A stretch of DNA of 64,000 nucleotides from Candidatus Limnocylindria bacterium (GTDB lineage: Bacteria; Chloroflexota; Limnocylindria; QHBO01): NCBI GenBank assembly GCA_038248895.1, contig JBBRWZ010000001.1:7760-71759 (forward strand). Reading direction: 5' to 3'. The notes beneath the pieces are model-generated. The model did no database searches and was not told the DNA's origin. It saw only the letters and a list, made by a program, of their open reading frames with translations. Shown piece after piece: positions 60,681 to 64,000 of this stretch. The position numbers were made by a program, and so were the translations under genes. The stretch's first letter is position 1; each line of letters starts with the position of its first letter.

Positions 60681-60854
60681 CGGGGCTCCATGGGGGAAGT
60701 CGGGCGCTCATCAAGCCGGTCGCCCCCGTCGCGTGGTCGGGATGCGGTCACCGAAGATTCTAGCCGCCGCGTGGGATTCGGCCGCCTCGCACCACACCCG
60801 CTGCGTTGAATTCCGAGTGGAGCATCGGTAATTCGGATTGACGAACCAATTGTG

Positions 60855-60873
60855 TCAGGCTAGCCTAACCATG
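60855..60873. promoter_or_regulatory. IdeR/DtxR-like iron box (TCAGGCTAG-C-CTAACCATG, core AGGCTAGCCT) overlapping a putative -10 hexamer (TAGCCT). A TTGACG -35 element lies 17 nt upstream. Promoter of efeU.
   Basis: 13 of 19 positions match the TTAGGTTAGGCTAACCTAA consensus, with the central 14 positions matching 13/14. It sits in a locally AT-richer stretch about 65 nt upstream of the efeU start. Confidence 0.5.
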
Positions 60874-60935
60874 ACCGCCACCGATCGCGCGGCGCGCGGC
60901 CGCATGCATCGACGGAGACGAAGGAGAGCACCGGA

Positions 60936-61826
60936 TTGGACGTTGGATTCTTCACTGCCGGATTGCTGACCGGACTGCGGGAGGGCGTCGAGGCGGCACT
61001 CATCGTCGGCATCGTGCTCGCCTACCTGGTCCGGACCGGCAACCGACGCCACGTCGGCCGCATCTGGCTCGGAACTGGAGCGGCGGCGGCGGTGAGTCTC
61101 GCGGTTGGCGGAATCCTGTTCGTGACGATCGGTGGCCTCCAAAAGCCGGCCGAGCAGCTCTTCGAGGGCCTCGCCATGCTCGTGGCCACGGCTGTTGTGA
61201 CCTGGATGCTGTTCTGGATGCGCCGCCAGGCCGCAAGCGCCAGAAGCGACCTGCACGCCTCGGTCGAGCGGGTTCTGACCGATGGCGGGGCATGGGGCAT
61301 GACGGTGCTCGCGTTCACCGCCGTCATCCGCGAGGGCATCGAGACGTCCCTCTTCCTGCTCGGCCAGACGCAGGCTGCCGCGCAGGCGCAGGGTGGCGCC
61401 GCAAGCACGCTGAGCGGCGCGCTCCTCGGGCTGGCGATCGCCGCGGGGATCGGCTATGGCTTCTACCGTGGCGCCCGGGTCGTCGACCTGCGGACGTTCT
61501 TTCAATGGACCGGCATCGCGCTCATCTTCATCGCTGCCGGCCTGCTCTCTCACGCGGTCCACGACCTCATCGAGGTGGCCGAGTTCTACGGCGCCGAGCT
61601 CCCCCTGACGAGTGCCGCCTTTGACATCAGCGGCGTCCTGCCGGACGAGGGCAACTTCGTCGGCGAGATGTTGCGCGCCGTGCTCGGCTACGCGTCGCGT
61701 CCCGAGTGGCTGACGTTCGCAGCCTGGATCGGCTACCTCGGTGTCGTCATGACCGCGTACCTGCGCCCCGCGGCTCTCGCGCGGCCGAATGCACGACCTG
61801 CTGGTGAGGGGGCCGCCCACACGTAG
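60936..61826 (+). CDS. efeU: High-affinity iron permease, FTR1/EfeU family
   Basis: Two REGxE motifs (LREGVEAAL, IREGIETSL) in TM helices. 296 aa. TTG start with an AAGGAGAG Shine-Dalgarno sequence. Confidence 0.8.
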   Translation: MDVGFFTAGLLTGLREGVEAALIVGIVLAYLVRTGNRRHVGRIWLGTGAAAAVSLAVGGILFVTIGGLQKPAEQLFEGLAMLVATAVVTWMLFWMRRQAASARSDLHASVERVLTDGGAWGMTVLAFTAVIREGIETSLFLLGQTQAAAQAQGGAASTLSGALLGLAIAAGIGYGFYRGARVVDLRTFFQWTGIALIFIAAGLLSHAVHDLIEVAEFYGAELPLTSAAFDISGVLPDEGNFVGEMLRAVLGYASRPEWLTFAAWIGYLGVVMTAYLRPAALARPNARPAGEGAAHT

Positions 61827-61842
61827 CGCCGGGCACGGCCGG

Positions 61843-63111
61843 CTATGGGTCGTCCATCGTCGGCAGACGCCCCCATGCCACCACGGTACCGTCGGCGGTG
61901 CCCTGCACCCACACCAGCAGGTCGCCGGCGACAACCGGACGGAATGCGCCTCCCTGTTCGTTGTCAGGAGCGATCTGGAAGACGCGCGCCGGAGCGTCTG
62001 TCTTCAGGTCATAGAGGTAGAACTCGGTGTCGTCGATGCCCCAGAATGCGACATAGCGGTTCCCGACCGACGGGTTGGTGAGGCCCGACTGCGGCGTCGT
62101 CAGCACGTGGCGCGTCTCACCGCTGCTGAGGTCGTGGAGCGTCAGGGAACCCCAGGTGTAGACATTTTCCGCTTCCTTCCAGGCGACCCACTCGCCGTGG
62201 ATGGCGGGCTGCGTTGCTCGGCCGGCGTCGTCGAGGCGCACGCCACCGTCACCGGGCACCGCCAGGTCGATGAGGATGGGAGTCAGCTCCGCCGGGTGGA
62301 AGTCCGAGCCCACCTCGCCGTGCACGTAGTCCACCTCGGTGACGACCATTCGGTCCTGGTCGAGGTCCGGGTGGAACCACTGGTAGCGCGATGGGTCGTC
62401 GGTGCGCAGCACGGTGCGGGTCATGGCCGGCAGGGCGACGTCGATCAGCTCGGAGCGCGTCACATCGGGGCCCCCGGCCACGACGCTCCACACGACATGG
62501 CGCGCGTTGACGGCCACGGTCGGGTACGGCGCCTCGTTGAGGGGCGGGTTGCGATCCAGCTCGATGGGCTCGGATGCCTGCGGCGGTAGCAGCCAGAGGA
62601 TCCATGCCTTTTCGCCGAAGGCCAGGTCATTGGCCTCCGCAAACGCCACGTAGCCGCCGCCAGTCGCGACCGGAAGAAGGCTCGACGCGGACCGCGGGCT
62701 GGCCCAGAGAAGCTCGGGGTCCCTGCCGGGCTCCGCCCGATACAGGTTCGGCCCTGACTGCGGGTCCGCAATCGCGGGGTCGGCACCGGAGAAGACGATC
62801 GAGTCCCCATCCGTGGTGACGAACAGGACCGCGCGGGAGCCCGGCACCGTGCCATGCTCGAGGACGGTCTGCGGAACCTCCACCGACATGCCCGGGTCGG
62901 TGTTGGCCGATGTGGTTGGCGTCGGCGTTGCGGATGGCCGCGCCGTGACCGGCGCCGATGCGATCGCGGGGCTCGCGCCGCTCGGCTGGGGTGCCCCACA
63001 GGCCACCGCGGCGATGAGCACGGCGGCCAGGGCAACGGTCGCCCGAGCCAGGGGCCCGGACGACCGGAAACGGTTACCAGACAATCCACTTCCCCTGTGA
63101 GTGAACGCCAT
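61843..63111 (-). CDS. Lipoprotein with TolB/WD40-like beta-propeller
   Basis: 422 aa from the internal Met (MAFTHRG...AAVLIAAVAC lipobox). The Ser/Thr/Pro-rich N-terminal part of the track ORF is artefact. Repeated blades carry YVAF/VAFW motifs. Confidence 0.55.
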   Translation of the reverse strand: MAFTHRGSGLSGNRFRSSGPLARATVALAAVLIAAVACGAPQPSGASPAIASAPVTARPSATPTPTTSANTDPGMSVEVPQTVLEHGTVPGSRAVLFVTTDGDSIVFSGADPAIADPQSGPNLYRAEPGRDPELLWASPRSASSLLPVATGGGYVAFAEANDLAFGEKAWILWLLPPQASEPIELDRNPPLNEAPYPTVAVNARHVVWSVVAGGPDVTRSELIDVALPAMTRTVLRTDDPSRYQWFHPDLDQDRMVVTEVDYVHGEVGSDFHPAELTPILIDLAVPGDGGVRLDDAGRATQPAIHGEWVAWKEAENVYTWGSLTLHDLSSGETRHVLTTPQSGLTNPSVGNRYVAFWGIDDTEFYLYDLKTDAPARVFQIAPDNEQGGAFRPVVAGDLLVWVQGTADGTVVAWGRLPTMDDP

Positions 63112-63955
63112 TCGTCTTGATGAGCGTGCGGTAGATGTCGTAGCTGGGATCGACGAACCGGCCCGTCTCGCCGCCGTAGCCGCCTGACGAATCGGTGTAG
63201 TAGGCCAGGGGGACACGCGTTCCGTCCCATTTGGCGTAGTAGCCGCGCATGACGATCCAGTGCCCGGTGTTGACCGCTGGGTGGTTCTCCCAGCTGGTGA
63301 GGAAGTAGCCGAAGCCGATGTCATGCGGGGCGACGGCCGCCGTGAGCGGCATATCCCAGCCGCTGACGTCGGTAATGATCTTGCCGTGCCAGTCCGCGCC
63401 GCTGGTGACCTGCCGTTCGGCGTAGATGAAGCCGCTCGGCAGCCGTGAGCCGGCATTCATGCCGACGCGCTCGGCGTATGGCGAGGTGCCACCGTTGGCA
63501 TCCGCCTTCAGCCACCAATCGGAGATCTGCTTCTGGGTGAACCAGTTCCAGTTCTGGTCCCAGCTGAAGATGCCACGCGTGTAGTTGATGACCTGCTGCA
63601 CCGTCGCCGGGCCGCAGTAGATGCCCTTGATCTGCTGGCGCGGGTAGATCGCCACGAAATCGCTGACGCAGCTGCCCGAACCGCTCACCGCGGTGAGGCG
63701 CTCCTCGGCGGTGCTGCCCGCCACGCCCGCCGAGGTCGCATCGGTTGCGGTGCGCTCCTCGAGGGCCAGGGCGGAGATGGCCATGGATGGGCAGAGAGCG
63801 GCCAACGCCAGCGCGTCCGCGTGCTTCGTGCGCGAGGCGGACTCGGATTCGGCGGCGAGCCGGGCAGCCTGCCGCTCGCGTTGCGCGACCGAGCGCTGCT
63901 CGGCCCGCGTCAGCGGGGTGGCCTCCTCGGCGCCGAGGGCGGGGCCGGGAAGCAC
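63074..63955 (-). CDS. Putative papain-fold cysteine peptidase (C39/transglutaminase-like). The N-terminus may extend beyond the listed Met.
   Basis: The spacing of candidate catalytic Cys (IYCGPATVQQV) and His (GHWIVMRGYY) fits a papain-like fold. 38-nt overlap with the downstream lipoprotein gene. Confidence 0.4.
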   Translation of the reverse strand: MLPGPALGAEEATPLTRAEQRSVAQRERQAARLAAESESASRTKHADALALAALCPSMAISALALEERTATDATSAGVAGSTAEERLTAVSGSGSCVSDFVAIYPRQQIKGIYCGPATVQQVINYTRGIFSWDQNWNWFTQKQISDWWLKADANGGTSPYAERVGMNAGSRLPSGFIYAERQVTSGADWHGKIITDVSGWDMPLTAAVAPHDIGFGYFLTSWENHPAVNTGHWIVMRGYYAKWDGTRVPLAYYTDSSGGYGGETGRFVDPSYDIYRTLIKTNGVHSQGKWIVW

Positions 63956-64000
63956 TTCGACGGTGGGATCGGCCGCGTTGGCGGCCGCTGGAACTGCGGC

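Noticed and set aside
60871-60966. 31-codon upstream ORF (MTATDRAARGRMHRRRRRRAPDW...) overlapping the efeU start
   Set aside because: It has no Shine-Dalgarno sequence and an Arg-rich composition typical of random GC-rich frames. The IdeR-box and promoter interpretation explains the region better.

Overview
This is a high-GC (about 72%) actinobacterial-type chromosomal segment that is densely packed with genes and is mostly core metabolism. It is not an obvious mobile island. The actinobacterial call rests on a mycothiol-ligase-like MshC, a class I LysRS and MeaB.

Genes recognised, left to right:
- serS (5' partial) and class I lysS, overlapping by 4 nt (ATGA), then greA, uppP, hppA (membrane H+-pyrophosphatase).
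- A three-gene minus-strand unit: histidine phosphatase, rpoN (sigma-54) and a 700-aa Ig-like/beta-propeller exported protein.
- lepB, ndk, a TPR-like protein, an M16 peptidase.
- coaX-coaBC-panC.
- gdhA copy 1 co-transcribed with an unknown protein and a Pta-N-terminal-like BioD/DRTGG protein.
- A thiolase divergent from an ArsR regulator with a perfect palindromic operator.
- A beta-oxidation block: fadD, two ACADs, hbd.
- meaB plus a B12-binding mutase small subunit, with the catalytic subunit about 21 kb away.
- folE, a NERD protein, a PAP2 phosphatase, a large GT-C-like membrane protein.
- An OpuC-type osmolyte ABC transporter.
- DUF1684, TPM/DUF2207, dodecin, a PolX-like PHP protein, a phosphotriesterase.
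- gdhA copy 2, a LAL-type LuxR regulator, an acyl-ACP desaturase, a 5'-3' exonuclease, a SpoIID-like protein, an OCD.
- mshC, a second ACAD, efeU/FTR1 with an IdeR-like box, and a TolB-like lipoprotein paired with a papain-like peptidase.

Most unusual observations:
1. Two diverged copies (about 75% identical) of a roughly 250-bp repeat element, 12.7 kb apart, each with four TTCGAAATATCG-type boxes at conserved spacing (0/50/64/52) and a GC-rich tandem tail. One copy splits the opuC operon between its permease and substrate-binding genes.
2. A protein with a novel architecture: RGGF repeats, a ribbon-helix-helix, AT-hooks and a HARE-HTH domain.
3. A sigma-54 carrying a Cys4 zinc-ribbon insertion, in a mycothiol-type actinobacterium, translationally coupled to a large exported protein.
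4. An ArsR operator whose ATATCGG core recurs in the repeat boxes.
5. A roughly 590-nt low-GC3 non-coding region between greA and uppP, and tandem 22-nt repeats plus hairpins upstream of gdhA.

No rRNA, tRNA, CRISPR array, transposase or integrase was recognised. All family assignments come from reading the translated ORFs by eye, without a database search.
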